Source of the DNA: a virus
Taxonomy: Duplodnaviria > Heunggongvirae > Uroviricota > Caudoviricetes
Virus record (IMG/VR): IMGVR_UViG_3300042544_001887
DNA: 64,000 nt
Strand: one strand, 5' to 3'
The notes under the pieces were generated by a model, which saw only the letters and a program-made list of their open reading frames with translations, ran no database searches and had not been told where the DNA came from. Positions 7,148 to 16,952 of this stretch are shown here, piece by piece. Position 1 is the first letter of the stretch. Each line of letters begins with the position of its first letter. Both the position numbers and the translations under genes were made by a program.

Positions 7148-8308
7148 ATGCGATTTAATGAAATTTCAGTGACCGAAGCCACAGTAGACAACATTAGAGT
7201 GATAAGACAGCTGACCAATGCTATTTGGAGCAGTATACCTGAAGTGCCTGAAGGTACAGTTCGTGATGTGTATCTAAGTCAACTCAGTGGCTTTGATAGA
7301 ATATACAACATGTATAAGGATCACAGTAAGTTCAGTAAGCCGTTTGCTGTTATGGAAACTACAAAGCTTCGCATTGTTAATGATCCTGAATACCAAGATC
7401 GTTACTACAAAAAGGAGCAAGGTGTTTGGGGATATCACAGTTCAAACGATAACCTATTGTTGGTGTGGTTAGACAATATAAGAGACAGTCTGGGCTACTC
7501 ACCGGACAGTCATGCTCGCAGTACACTGGCACACGAAATACGACATCTGTTCCAGTACGCACTGTATCCCAAGTACTTTAACGATCGTCAAGCGTTTTCT
7601 AAACCCTATGAAAGTCAGCAGATTGAAATTGATGCTGTGTGGAGTCAGCTGTTAGGATCCGAACTTGACGTAGAAGATTATAGAGGTTATCCTCAAGACT
7701 TTGTTGAAGAAGTAATCAATCAGCTAACAGCTAGAAAAAAATTGAGTAATCGAGAAATCGAACACTACCGACGCAAAACTATAAAATACTATCGTCAGTT
7801 CTTTGACGAGAATACCGAAGCAGAATGGCGTAGGCTAATTGCTAACTGGGGCCGAGAAGTACAAAAGCACAGCCACTATTCAGTTGAAAACTTTGTTGGC
7901 GATGTAATGCAAGAGCTAGATGACTACATTGAATACAAAATCAACAATCCAAAAATCAAACAACAGGTATTAGATTACTACGCTGGCGAAACACGCAAAG
8001 AATATAAAAAGCTATCGTCAGGTCACAGACAGAATCGCAAGAGAATGGCTGCAATTGAACGTTTAGTTCCTGTATGGCAAAAAATTGTTGATCAGTATCA
8101 TGATCAATGGTTTGACCCTAAGGTCAGCAGTGTTAAACTAACGATGCAGATACTCGGTGACATGAGAGACAGCATGGACCAGATTGCCGGCTCGGATTAT
8201 GATTTGAGAGGTAAACTTTCAGCATGGTTTGGCAACATGACTAGAGAAAGAATTGCTAACTCACGTGAATGGTCTAAGGCACCACCGACTCCGGGAAACA
8301 GTCAATGA
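7148..8308 (+). CDS. Putative virion-internal protein with HExxH zinc-binding motif
   Basis: LAHEIRHLF; N-terminus MRFNEISVTE. Confidence 0.6.
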   Translation: MRFNEISVTEATVDNIRVIRQLTNAIWSSIPEVPEGTVRDVYLSQLSGFDRIYNMYKDHSKFSKPFAVMETTKLRIVNDPEYQDRYYKKEQGVWGYHSSNDNLLLVWLDNIRDSLGYSPDSHARSTLAHEIRHLFQYALYPKYFNDRQAFSKPYESQQIEIDAVWSQLLGSELDVEDYRGYPQDFVEEVINQLTARKKLSNREIEHYRRKTIKYYRQFFDENTEAEWRRLIANWGREVQKHSHYSVENFVGDVMQELDDYIEYKINNPKIKQQVLDYYAGETRKEYKKLSSGHRQNRKRMAAIERLVPVWQKIVDQYHDQWFDPKVSSVKLTMQILGDMRDSMDQIAGSDYDLRGKLSAWFGNMTRERIANSREWSKAPPTPGNSQ

Positions 8309-9162
8309 GATACAGTGAAATTGCAGAACGCAAACAGCAACGCACAGAAATTATGTATCACGGTACCAGCAGTAATCTTGTGCCCAGCATACTAAAGAAT
8401 GGGCTGTTGGCTGCTCCACCAAAGAAAACATATGATATTGATACCTACGGTGCTTCGACTGCTAGTATGGGCGGAGTATATGTTACGCCCTCGAGAGAAT
8501 ACGCAGAGGAAATATCAAGAGAGTCTGCAGAAACACACGGCGGCAAACCTGCAATGGTAACCATACAGTATGTTAGAGGCAGTGCTGATCTTGACGAGGA
8601 TGATATTGTTGCTGCAATAAGTCAAGCTGCTAGTGATGTAATGCGTCGTCTTTCTCAGAAAGCACCTGCCCAAGCTGCAACTAGAGATTTTGATACACAA
8701 CAGACTGCACAGCCCGATCCGCTGTCACAGTACAGTTCGTTGAGTTATCCACAAGAAGGTTGGGCGACTGACCGAATGATACGTAACAAGAAAGCGTATG
8801 CTGTGGAGATAGCAAAACAATCAATACAGCAATTAAGCAAGAAGTCAAAGCCAAGACGCACTGCATATGATTTAATTGTACAGATTGCCGCAGGATTGCT
8901 TGACCAAGCTGCACAGGAATCGGATGTGAGAGAACGTTGGAATATGATACGTTTTGGTGCGTATGACGTAGTAAGACAAAACATGGAAGAGCCATTAGGA
9001 CAACTAATGCGACAGATATCTCCAGATGTGGCAGGACAGGATAGTGAAGCACCTAGAAGAATCAACAGAGACGTTAAGTTCAGCGGCAAGACCAAGATAG
9101 TTAAAATAGAAGTAGGTGATCAAGTGATTTACCCAAGAGGACAACGTAATGAGATACAATGA
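8305..9162 (+). CDS. ADP-ribosyltransferase-fold protein (putatively head-packaged)
   Basis: MYHGTS..SILKNGL..GGVYVTPS motifs of the HYE/KptA-like ART superfamily; N-terminus MRYSEIAE. Confidence 0.7.
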   Translation: MRYSEIAERKQQRTEIMYHGTSSNLVPSILKNGLLAAPPKKTYDIDTYGASTASMGGVYVTPSREYAEEISRESAETHGGKPAMVTIQYVRGSADLDEDDIVAAISQAASDVMRRLSQKAPAQAATRDFDTQQTAQPDPLSQYSSLSYPQEGWATDRMIRNKKAYAVEIAKQSIQQLSKKSKPRRTAYDLIVQIAAGLLDQAAQESDVRERWNMIRFGAYDVVRQNMEEPLGQLMRQISPDVAGQDSEAPRRINRDVKFSGKTKIVKIEVGDQVIYPRGQRNEIQ

Positions 9163-10414
9163 TATTAAAATCATATTAGAATACGATAGATCTCGAACTG
9201 TGCAACGCTTTGGTGATAAAATCTCTGCAAGGGCAAAGTCAGAACCTACACTGCGTGGAATAAACCCTGATTCAGTAATAGATACTGTTATGCAGGAAAT
9301 AGAACAAAGTGATCCTACAGCCAATAAACAATACGTTGTGTGGATGGCCACACAGTATATAAAAGGACAACTAAAGTTTGAAGACATCTACAAACTCAAA
9401 GCGGACCTAACACAGTTTTCTGATCCTAAGTTTAGATCAGAAATGAAACGTAGAAACATCACAGCCGACATCAATCAGTATACTCCTAGAGGATTAGCGG
9501 ATCTTGTTACAAAACTATCCTCTACAGATATTGCACAACCAGATGACACTGACACCGCAGTCGAAGGTGCAAAAGTATTGTATGATGGACCGTTGGGCAA
9601 GCTGGTCATTCCGGAAACTGAAGCGGCCAGTTGTGCTTTGGGTAGCGGAACTCGTTGGTGCACCGCAGCAGACAAAAACAACATGTTCAATACCTACAGC
9701 AGTCAAGGTCCGTTGTACATTTGGTTTGAACGTAAGAATAAAAGCATTGGCAAGAAGTTTCAGTTTCATTTTGAAAGTGGCCAGTTTATGGACGCACAGG
9801 ATTCACCTATCAGTGGGGAAATATTAGATTACTTTGCTAATCAGAATCCGGTAACTGCTAAACTGTTCAAGCAAAAGAATCCGCAGATGTATGAGTTGGT
9901 GCAGGATTGGGCTGACTATCAAGAGCGTGAACCAGATGATGATGGCGATCGTCCGTACGACGACGCACTGGAAGATCTAGAAGTAGAAAATTTCATTCCA
10001 ATGCTAACAGACGAACAGTTGTTGGCACTGTTGAAAAAATATCGTTACGTTACTGATCTAAGAAAAATGGTATTGCGTGTAATTGACAGCAGCAGGCCTG
10101 CATTATCAATGGAATTGAGTACAAAATCTCCTGCCTCGGCATATGACTACGCAAAACGCAATCCTGGAAAGGTTTCGGATGAACACATTAAGCTGATAGC
10201 CAGCGATCCGAAAACTGCTTATTTCTATGCACAGTACGAACTCAAAGGGCCTTTTCCTGAGGGCGAAGCTGCTATTGCAACAGAACCTTCTTACTCATTC
10301 TATTATGCAGATAAGGTATTGAATGGCAGATTCCCTGCAGGAGAACCAGCAATGAAGACTAGACCCGAGACTTGGAATCAATATCAAAAGTATATTGCTA
10401 AGTCTGGTTCTTAG
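9149..10414 (+). CDS. PcfJ-like domain protein with C-terminal helical repeats
   Basis: GTRWCTAA..MFNTY..GPLYI..KFQFHF; repeats AY.YA..LKG.FP.GE.A. Confidence 0.6.
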   Translation: MRYNDIKIILEYDRSRTVQRFGDKISARAKSEPTLRGINPDSVIDTVMQEIEQSDPTANKQYVVWMATQYIKGQLKFEDIYKLKADLTQFSDPKFRSEMKRRNITADINQYTPRGLADLVTKLSSTDIAQPDDTDTAVEGAKVLYDGPLGKLVIPETEAASCALGSGTRWCTAADKNNMFNTYSSQGPLYIWFERKNKSIGKKFQFHFESGQFMDAQDSPISGEILDYFANQNPVTAKLFKQKNPQMYELVQDWADYQEREPDDDGDRPYDDALEDLEVENFIPMLTDEQLLALLKKYRYVTDLRKMVLRVIDSSRPALSMELSTKSPASAYDYAKRNPGKVSDEHIKLIASDPKTAYFYAQYELKGPFPEGEAAIATEPSYSFYYADKVLNGRFPAGEPAMKTRPETWNQYQKYIAKSGS

Positions 10415-10745
10415 GACTTAATGGAAGTATTCCTGAGCTAGCTCTGTTAATAAGATCATAGTAGGATTGTTTTAGAGGAATACCGGCTGCATCTAAGTGA
10501 TAGGCAGCTTCTTTAAGTGCAGCTAGCAGTTCTGGAGCACAAGCTATTAATTTTATATTGGCTTCTTGGTATTCGTTGGACAGCACGGGTTTGATATTGC
10601 TGTCACGCAATATTCCGGGCATAACAGAAGTTGAATCCACAGTTAGTCGAGGATATGCCAATGGTATTACTGCAACCAAGTATCCTTCTCTGTCTACTAT
10701 TACTCCGTTTTCTTGATCAATAATAGTCCATGGCAACGGACTCAT
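10398..10745 (-). CDS. Hypothetical protein (LIACAPELLAAL family)
   Basis: Start MSPLPWTI; N..LIA.APELL.AL phage motif. Confidence 0.7.
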   Translation of the reverse strand: MSPLPWTIIDQENGVIVDREGYLVAVIPLAYPRLTVDSTSVMPGILRDSNIKPVLSNEYQEANIKLIACAPELLAALKEAAYHLDAAGIPLKQSYYDLINRASSGILPLSPKNQT

Positions 10746-10818
10746 AGTATTGTTCTGAATAAAAAACATACAATATTTATAGCGATAAATATGTGTACTC
10801 AACAAAGGAGATCTTATC

Positions 10819-11031
10819 ATGAGCACACTTAATCGCATCACAGTAGACCTTGAACTTGGACAAACAATTCTAGTAGGACCAAACAACAAGCCTGCACAGA
10901 TTACTAAGATTGAATATCATCCAAAGTCTGGCGAGATCTCCCTTAACACAACTCGCGGACCCCGCAATGCTTTAACTTTTAAATTGCCCCTGGCTGAAGA
11001 GCTCGAAGACCCTGCGGATCGATTTAGATAA
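10819..11031 (+). CDS. Hypothetical protein
   Basis: Late box plus AAGGAG. Confidence 0.75.
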   Translation: MSTLNRITVDLELGQTILVGPNNKPAQITKIEYHPKSGEISLNTTRGPRNALTFKLPLAEELEDPADRFR

Positions 11032-11043
11032 GGTAAATACACT

Positions 11044-11289
11044 ATGAGAGTAGATGAAGTATTAACCCGTGAAGATGACGTAGAAGAATGGAAAGCCAGT
11101 AAAGAGCTTTGCAAATCTAGTCGTGGAAACAACTCTTTGGGTGCTTCAGCTTTGGCCAGCTGTAAGTCGCAAGGATATCGAAGACGAGATAGCAAAGTTA
11201 AACATACCATTGGTAAAAAGCGTCAGAATATATCCGGGCGAAAAATAAAAGGCAAAGCCTATGGCGGTCCGCTGCCTGACTGGAGTTAA
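11044..11289 (+). CDS. Small basic late protein
   Basis: MRVDEV N-terminus; TAAATA 4 nt upstream. Confidence 0.7.
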   Translation: MRVDEVLTREDDVEEWKASKELCKSSRGNNSLGASALASCKSQGYRRRDSKVKHTIGKKRQNISGRKIKGKAYGGPLPDWS

Positions 11290-11291
11290 CT

Positions 11292-11819
11292 GTGAGCCGG
11301 GTCGGAAAATTCTTAATAACACGGCCCACAGTTGATTTAGGATTTTTTAAACAGCAGGTTATATTGCTGTATGAAGAAACTCAAGCTGGTACTGCTGGTG
11401 TTTGCCTAACTTACCCTACTCATCTTTGTTTAAAAGATATAGCATTGCAAATGGGAGTTGACTATCCTACAAAGCTTCATCCGATTTACAAAGGTGGTCC
11501 GATTGCTCAGTCATCGATAGTAATGATTCACACAGATGAATTTATTACTGCTAACACTTTGCATACAGGTAAGGGTATAGACATATCATCAGACGACCTA
11601 ATGATTCTAAAACTTTTGGAAGGCAACGAGCCAAAAAAGTTTAGATTGATTGCAGGAGGATGTCGATGGTTACCAGGACAGCTTGATCGAGAAATTGAAA
11701 GAGGATTTTGGTTAGTATCTAATTTAAAAAAAGAAATAGCATTTGACTTAGATAAAGAACAACAGTGGAAGGCCGCAATCGAACATGCAAGTAGTGAGTT
11801 GGTTGCACAGTATTTTTAG
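11292..11819 (+). CDS. YqgE/AlgH (UPF0301) family protein
   Basis: VILL..G.GV.L..P..Y.GGP..W..GQL..EI..G.W. Confidence 0.85.
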   Translation: MSRVGKFLITRPTVDLGFFKQQVILLYEETQAGTAGVCLTYPTHLCLKDIALQMGVDYPTKLHPIYKGGPIAQSSIVMIHTDEFITANTLHTGKGIDISSDDLMILKLLEGNEPKKFRLIAGGCRWLPGQLDREIERGFWLVSNLKKEIAFDLDKEQQWKAAIEHASSELVAQYF

Positions 11820-11827
11820 AGGTAATT

Positions 11828-12178
11828 ATGAAAAAAACAATAGCAGCACTACTAATAGCAACATCACCTGCACTAGCCCAAGAAGAAGAAAATCCATTTG
11901 GCACTGTACTGGAAGTACATGTTAAAGGATATTGTGCAACCAAGGGCGTGGGATATCTAAATGAAAGAAAGATATCTTACGGGGAAACACCTTTATTTTA
12001 TGCAAATGGTGCATCAATTTTAGTCAACGAAGACAATTCAACGGTTGACTCACCCGGTACTCTCATAGTATTATCTAACCAAAGCACAGGAACAATGAGT
12101 GTTGCTATGCTTTACCCAGATGGAGTAGCTTGTGAGATATTAACTGGAATAGATTTCACACCGTACATAGAAAAATGA
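11828..12178 (+). CDS. Secreted hypothetical protein
   Basis: Signal peptide MKKTIAALLIATSPALA. Confidence 0.75.
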   Translation: MKKTIAALLIATSPALAQEEENPFGTVLEVHVKGYCATKGVGYLNERKISYGETPLFYANGASILVNEDNSTVDSPGTLIVLSNQSTGTMSVAMLYPDGVACEILTGIDFTPYIEK

Positions 12179-12197
12179 AATAGAAAGAACTTAAAAA

Positions 12198-12728
12198 ATG
12201 TCAGACACATTGCTTATTAACGCAGACGGCCAGCCAGTTAGTCTAGTGCCTCTAAGTGCGGTAAGCTGGAAAGAAGCAATCCTATATATGTACCACGACA
12301 AGTGCGATGTATTGGAATGGTACGACGATTGGGTTGTGCATTCGGCTAATTGGGAAACAAAAGTCCCGGCGGTAATCATGCTACGTGATTACCTACGCAG
12401 AAACACATCACCACGCTTCTCGAAGAGCAATGTGTATCTGCGTGACCTTTATACTTGCCAATACTGCAATACTAAAGTGACCAACAAGACTGCAACCATG
12501 GACCACGTAATTCCTTTGAGTCGTGGCGGAAAAACCAGTTGGGAAAATATTATCACAGCTTGTGCTCCGTGCAACAGTCGCAAAGCTAACTTTAGTCGCA
12601 TGAAGCCTAACTACAAGCCGTATCAACCGGGCTACTACGAATTAGTTCGCAAGCGTAAGCAAATGCCATTTGATGTCAAGCACGAAAGCTGGTATCAATG
12701 GTTAGGGCTTGATGACGTAATAGCGTAG
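12198..12728 (+). CDS. HNH endonuclease
   Basis: RD.YTCQYC..TMDHVIP.SRGG..SWEN..TAC.PCN.RK. Confidence 0.9.
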   Translation: MSDTLLINADGQPVSLVPLSAVSWKEAILYMYHDKCDVLEWYDDWVVHSANWETKVPAVIMLRDYLRRNTSPRFSKSNVYLRDLYTCQYCNTKVTNKTATMDHVIPLSRGGKTSWENIITACAPCNSRKANFSRMKPNYKPYQPGYYELVRKRKQMPFDVKHESWYQWLGLDDVIA

Positions 12729-12730
12729 AA

Positions 12731-13141
12731 TCAACGCATCCAGGCAACACGCTTGCCGGATGCAACTCTACGATCATATTCTTCAGCTGACGACGGAAAT
12801 CTCCAAGCCCAAATAGCTACCAACGCTAAGAATATACCTGAATAAATTACAGCCTTGATGTTCCCTGTTGATAGCCAAGTTATCAACAGGGTGCTTCCCA
12901 TTGTGACCAACATAAAGTATTTTAATTTCTGCGGGAATATTCTTTTTTCTTCCCATCCTCGCAGGAATGGTCCAAACAGTTTATGACTGTATATCCAACG
13001 ATGCATACGATCACTGCTACGAGCAAAACAATATGCAGCACCAACAGCAGGTGTACTCCAAGGAATGCCGGGTGTAACCACACCAATATATGCAATTCCT
13101 AGTAATAATATCCCTAGACTAAACCACAGTGTTTTTTTCAT
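12731..13141 (-). CDS. YbaN/DUF454 family inner-membrane protein
   Basis: LGILLLGIAYIGVVTPGIPWSTP..A.CFARSS.R.H.W..H..FGP. Confidence 0.85.
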   Translation of the reverse strand: MKKTLWFSLGILLLGIAYIGVVTPGIPWSTPAVGAAYCFARSSDRMHRWIYSHKLFGPFLRGWEEKRIFPQKLKYFMLVTMGSTLLITWLSTGNIKAVIYSGIFLALVAIWAWRFPSSAEEYDRRVASGKRVAWMR

Positions 13142-13323
13142 TGTTATTTTTTTCTTTTCGATGAACTGTGGTATCGTAATAATCAAATACACCGTAAACT
13201 GTGTATATTCTAATAATGCCCATCTCAGCAAAAGATTCTTCTGCTAAAATCCAATCATTCCAACATTCTTTAATAAATTTCCACATACTGTATTTAACAT
13301 AAATAATTCATAGGAGAGTTGTT

Positions 13324-13554
13324 ATGGAAGATGATGTAATCAAGGTTAATGTTGCACTTTTTATGCGTTTGTTAGAGCTTGCTAGAGAAGATGTCAAAGA
13401 TGATATGAGTTTGCATTTTGTTACTGAAATAGTCACACGACTCAGTCAAGACCGTGTTGTAACCATGGATGATTATGATAACATTCTTGCTTACATGAAC
13501 AAGAATAAAAAGAGTGATGAATTAGAGACTATCAAGCGACTAGGCGGAATATAA
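13324..13554 (+). CDS. Late hypothetical protein
   Basis: Late box and AGGAG; ends TIKRLGGI. Confidence 0.75.
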   Translation: MEDDVIKVNVALFMRLLELAREDVKDDMSLHFVTEIVTRLSQDRVVTMDDYDNILAYMNKNKKSDELETIKRLGGI

Positions 13555-13859
13555 TGAGAGCAACTGATGTAATTAGAAGTGTATTAGATTTAATTGATCA
13601 AATGGATACAGGTAGTGGTCATCGTCAGAACCCTCCCGAACTGTTACCCACATACAACGATGATGGAGAATTGGTATCTCGATTCCGTCAAATATATCAA
13701 ATACTGGACAATCGAGATTCACCAACACAGTACAGCAATACACCTAATGAGGTTGTAACTGATGTTGCTAGTGTAACAACTGATGTAGGCGGCGGTCCTA
13801 ACGGTATCAAACATCCAGATGATATACGTGTTAAAGATCCACAAGGATACAGACAATGA
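13554..13859 (+). CDS. Late hypothetical protein
   Basis: TAATG coupling; MRATDV N-terminus. Confidence 0.7.
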   Translation: MRATDVIRSVLDLIDQMDTGSGHRQNPPELLPTYNDDGELVSRFRQIYQILDNRDSPTQYSNTPNEVVTDVASVTTDVGGGPNGIKHPDDIRVKDPQGYRQ

Positions 13860-14776
13860 GTGCAAACGGAATTAGCAATCTTGCAACAAAAGAACTAAGA
13901 CAAAAAGCCAAACTTGAATTAGCTGCCGTTGAACGTGCTGCTGACGGTCGTAGATCAGTCTATGATTTATCCGAATTGCCTACAAAATATGTTGGAAACA
14001 CTGTGGTAAACAATCTCAACAGTGGCGGACTAGTACTAGGACGTCCTTGGAGTTCTACTGAAACTCCTAACTTGTTCTCAGGGTTGGCCATATGGTATGA
14101 CACAGCTACAGCATCAACTATCAACGGTGGTACATTCTCAGATGGCACTACTGTTACCGCATTAACCAACAGAGCAACTGGTACAAATGGTGCTGGAGGT
14201 GGTACTGGACGAGAGCCAACAGTGCAGAATGGTGTGGGTGATACACTCAACGGTTATCCTGTGATTAGATTTGCCACAGCCACTACATACGATAATATTA
14301 GATTTACCACCAATGCCTTTGACAATGCCACAGGATGGACTGTGGTTATGTTAGCAAAAACAGTTATCACAGGGGGATTCAACCCTGCCTTGTTTATGAT
14401 AACTGATTCTTCACAAGTCAGTATAACTGGAGTTAGATATTTTGGCGGCAGTCAATTTATATTCTATACCCCTGCGGGATCAGCCAATGTAGCCAGCAGT
14501 ATAGATCCAGACGGCACTTGGAAGATTATCACAATGCGTTACGATAGCACAGCAGCCGTGGCCAGTAGATGTACGTTTAGATGGGCTAAGGTAGCAAGAA
14601 CTGTGACCAACGGTGGCACACCACCAAGTGGAACTGTTCCGGCCACAGCGACCTATGTTGAAACTATGAGTGCATTTGACGGCGACCTTGCAGAACAAGT
14701 AGCTTACAACCGTGCGTTGTCAGACGCAGAAATCACAGCCCTAGAAGACTACCTCAGCAGCAAATGGGGAGTATAA
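13856..14776 (+). CDS. Virion protein with LamG/concanavalin-like domain
   Basis: GLAIWYD..; FDGDLAE..AYNRALSDAEI..LEDYLSSKWG. Confidence 0.7.
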   Translation: MSANGISNLATKELRQKAKLELAAVERAADGRRSVYDLSELPTKYVGNTVVNNLNSGGLVLGRPWSSTETPNLFSGLAIWYDTATASTINGGTFSDGTTVTALTNRATGTNGAGGGTGREPTVQNGVGDTLNGYPVIRFATATTYDNIRFTTNAFDNATGWTVVMLAKTVITGGFNPALFMITDSSQVSITGVRYFGGSQFIFYTPAGSANVASSIDPDGTWKIITMRYDSTAAVASRCTFRWAKVARTVTNGGTPPSGTVPATATYVETMSAFDGDLAEQVAYNRALSDAEITALEDYLSSKWGV

Positions 14777-14779
14777 CCT

Positions 14780-16624
14780 GTGCCTAATTTAAATCCCAAC
14801 AGCACCAACTACGTTCACAGTTACGAGCCAAACACCAATGACCTTACCATGGCCATGGACTACAACACCAACGGCGAACCAGTCATACGCACCATTGTCG
14901 AAGGTGTTACCATTGAAGGTGATGTTACTGTAGACAAAGTTAGACTGTGGGACGGCACCAACGATCTGTTCTTTGATTCAACAGTCAACGACGGAGAATC
15001 ATCTCCTACCGCGGTATTGCCCACAGAAAGTCACAGCATGGTTTACAACGGTTCGACTTGGGACCGCTTGCGTGGCAATATCACAGATGGTGTACTTACA
15101 CAGATCAGCAACGATTACCTAGCCATCAGCAAAGACACCAATGCCAACAGCGACAGCAATCGCATCTTTGTTAATGCTACGGGCACTGTAGAACTAGGTA
15201 CCACAACACTGGCAGCATTGGAAACAATCACAGTTAACCAAGGTACCAATCCATGGACTGTAAACGGCAATATCAATGCTACCATCGACGGCGAAGTATC
15301 AGTAGCAGGATCCAATCCAGACGCATTTGGTCGTGCTAGAATCAGCGAACTGTTTACTCTAGGCGACTACAAACATATCTATGCTGTAGATCCAAACTTC
15401 CTTGACGGGTTAGCCAATGGCGGTTCTGTGACATTTCTTCCTGATCAAGCCGCTTGTGTGTTAGCCACCAGCAGCAACTCTGCTAGTTCTGCCATACACC
15501 AAACCAAATTCTATCATCACTACCAACCAGGCAAGAGTCAGTTAATCTACAGCAGTTTCAACTTCCGTGCTCCTAATCGCAATGTGACCAAACGCACAGG
15601 ATACTTTGATGCCAACGACGGTATCTATTTTGAACAGGTGGGCAGTGACACAGCAGATGGAAGTACTGTAAGTCCTACTACGCAAACATTGAACTGGGTT
15701 ATAAGATCTTATGTGGGCGGAAGTCCTAGCGAAGCAACTTTTAATACAACTGTTAATGGATTGGCCTATGTATATAAACGCCGTGTACCGCAAAGTGAAT
15801 GGAACGTAGACAAATGTGATGGCACAGGACCTAGTGGATTTAAATTAGATATTACCAAAACACAGTTAGCCTGGATAGATTTCCAATGGTTGGGTGTAGG
15901 CCGTGTTCGTTGCGGATTCGCCCACCAAGGAGAACTGATCACCGCACACGAATACTATCACGACAATGTTTTGCCCACAGTCTATTTGAGCAATCCTAAC
16001 CTTCCTGTTCGCTGTGAAATACGCAATACTGGAACAACCCCAGGAGGTGCCTTTGATCAGATCTGTGCCACTGTGATGAGTGAAGGCGGCTATGTGGAAT
16101 CGGGCATTGACTGGAGCGTGTATACCGCACCTCGTACTACACCTACTCCAGGACAGACACGTTTTCCTTTGATTGCTATTAGATTGAAAAACACATTTAA
16201 TGGTTATCCTAATAGATTGAGTGTGCGTCCTAACAGCCTAGGATTGTATGCTGAAACCAACAGTATCTTATTTGAAGTAGTTAAGTTCCCTAATGCTGCT
16301 AGTCTTAGCACCACCGATCCTGGGGGGCTGGTGTGGACATCGGCAGATGCTGACAGTGGCGTAGAATACTGTGTAAATGCCACAAGTTTCACAGCCGCAA
16401 ATGGTGATCGATTTGCTTCTGGATATGTGCCTAGCGGATCAAGTCAAAACAGTCTAAGTCCGGTGGCTACCGGTACTCTGACTGCGGCAAAGAAAAATAT
16501 CATCAGTCAAAACATTGACAGCACCAATTCTGAAGTATATTGTGTATTAGTCAGCACAGTTAATGCTGGCAATCAAACTACAGCCACAGTGGCCGCAACT
16601 ATACAGTGGCGAGAGATTTATTAA
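14780..16624 (+). CDS. Large beta-rich virion protein
   Basis: DAFGR.R.S..YQPGKSQL..QWLGVGRVR.GF phage family pattern. Confidence 0.7.
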   Translation: MPNLNPNSTNYVHSYEPNTNDLTMAMDYNTNGEPVIRTIVEGVTIEGDVTVDKVRLWDGTNDLFFDSTVNDGESSPTAVLPTESHSMVYNGSTWDRLRGNITDGVLTQISNDYLAISKDTNANSDSNRIFVNATGTVELGTTTLAALETITVNQGTNPWTVNGNINATIDGEVSVAGSNPDAFGRARISELFTLGDYKHIYAVDPNFLDGLANGGSVTFLPDQAACVLATSSNSASSAIHQTKFYHHYQPGKSQLIYSSFNFRAPNRNVTKRTGYFDANDGIYFEQVGSDTADGSTVSPTTQTLNWVIRSYVGGSPSEATFNTTVNGLAYVYKRRVPQSEWNVDKCDGTGPSGFKLDITKTQLAWIDFQWLGVGRVRCGFAHQGELITAHEYYHDNVLPTVYLSNPNLPVRCEIRNTGTTPGGAFDQICATVMSEGGYVESGIDWSVYTAPRTTPTPGQTRFPLIAIRLKNTFNGYPNRLSVRPNSLGLYAETNSILFEVVKFPNAASLSTTDPGGLVWTSADADSGVEYCVNATSFTAANGDRFASGYVPSGSSQNSLSPVATGTLTAAKKNIISQNIDSTNSEVYCVLVSTVNAGNQTTATVAATIQWREIY

Positions 16625-16639
16625 GAGATAAATAACATT

Positions 16640-16930
16640 ATGCGTATGGACGAGATCACAATAAACATTCCGATTACCATTGATCTAGATGGGGTTAAAC
16701 CACGTGTGAATGTTGCAGGCAAGGATGCCAAGGACGATGAAGAACTTGATCAAAATCCTGTGATGATGAATCCACTACAACAAGAACTAGAACTCAAGAA
16801 AGCAGAGTTGGGCAAAAAGTCACCGGTTATCAATAAAATGATCGATGACGAAACTATAGGCGAAGAACCAGCAGATGATCAAGAAGATAGCATTGCTAAT
16901 CTAAAAACACTAGCAGGTTTGCAACGATAA
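16640..16930 (+). CDS. Acidic late protein
   Basis: MRMDEI N-terminus; late box 5 nt upstream. Confidence 0.7.
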   Translation: MRMDEITINIPITIDLDGVKPRVNVAGKDAKDDEELDQNPVMMNPLQQELELKKAELGKKSPVINKMIDDETIGEEPADDQEDSIANLKTLAGLQR

Positions 16931-16952
16931 ATACTCTAACTAGGGTATTTAG

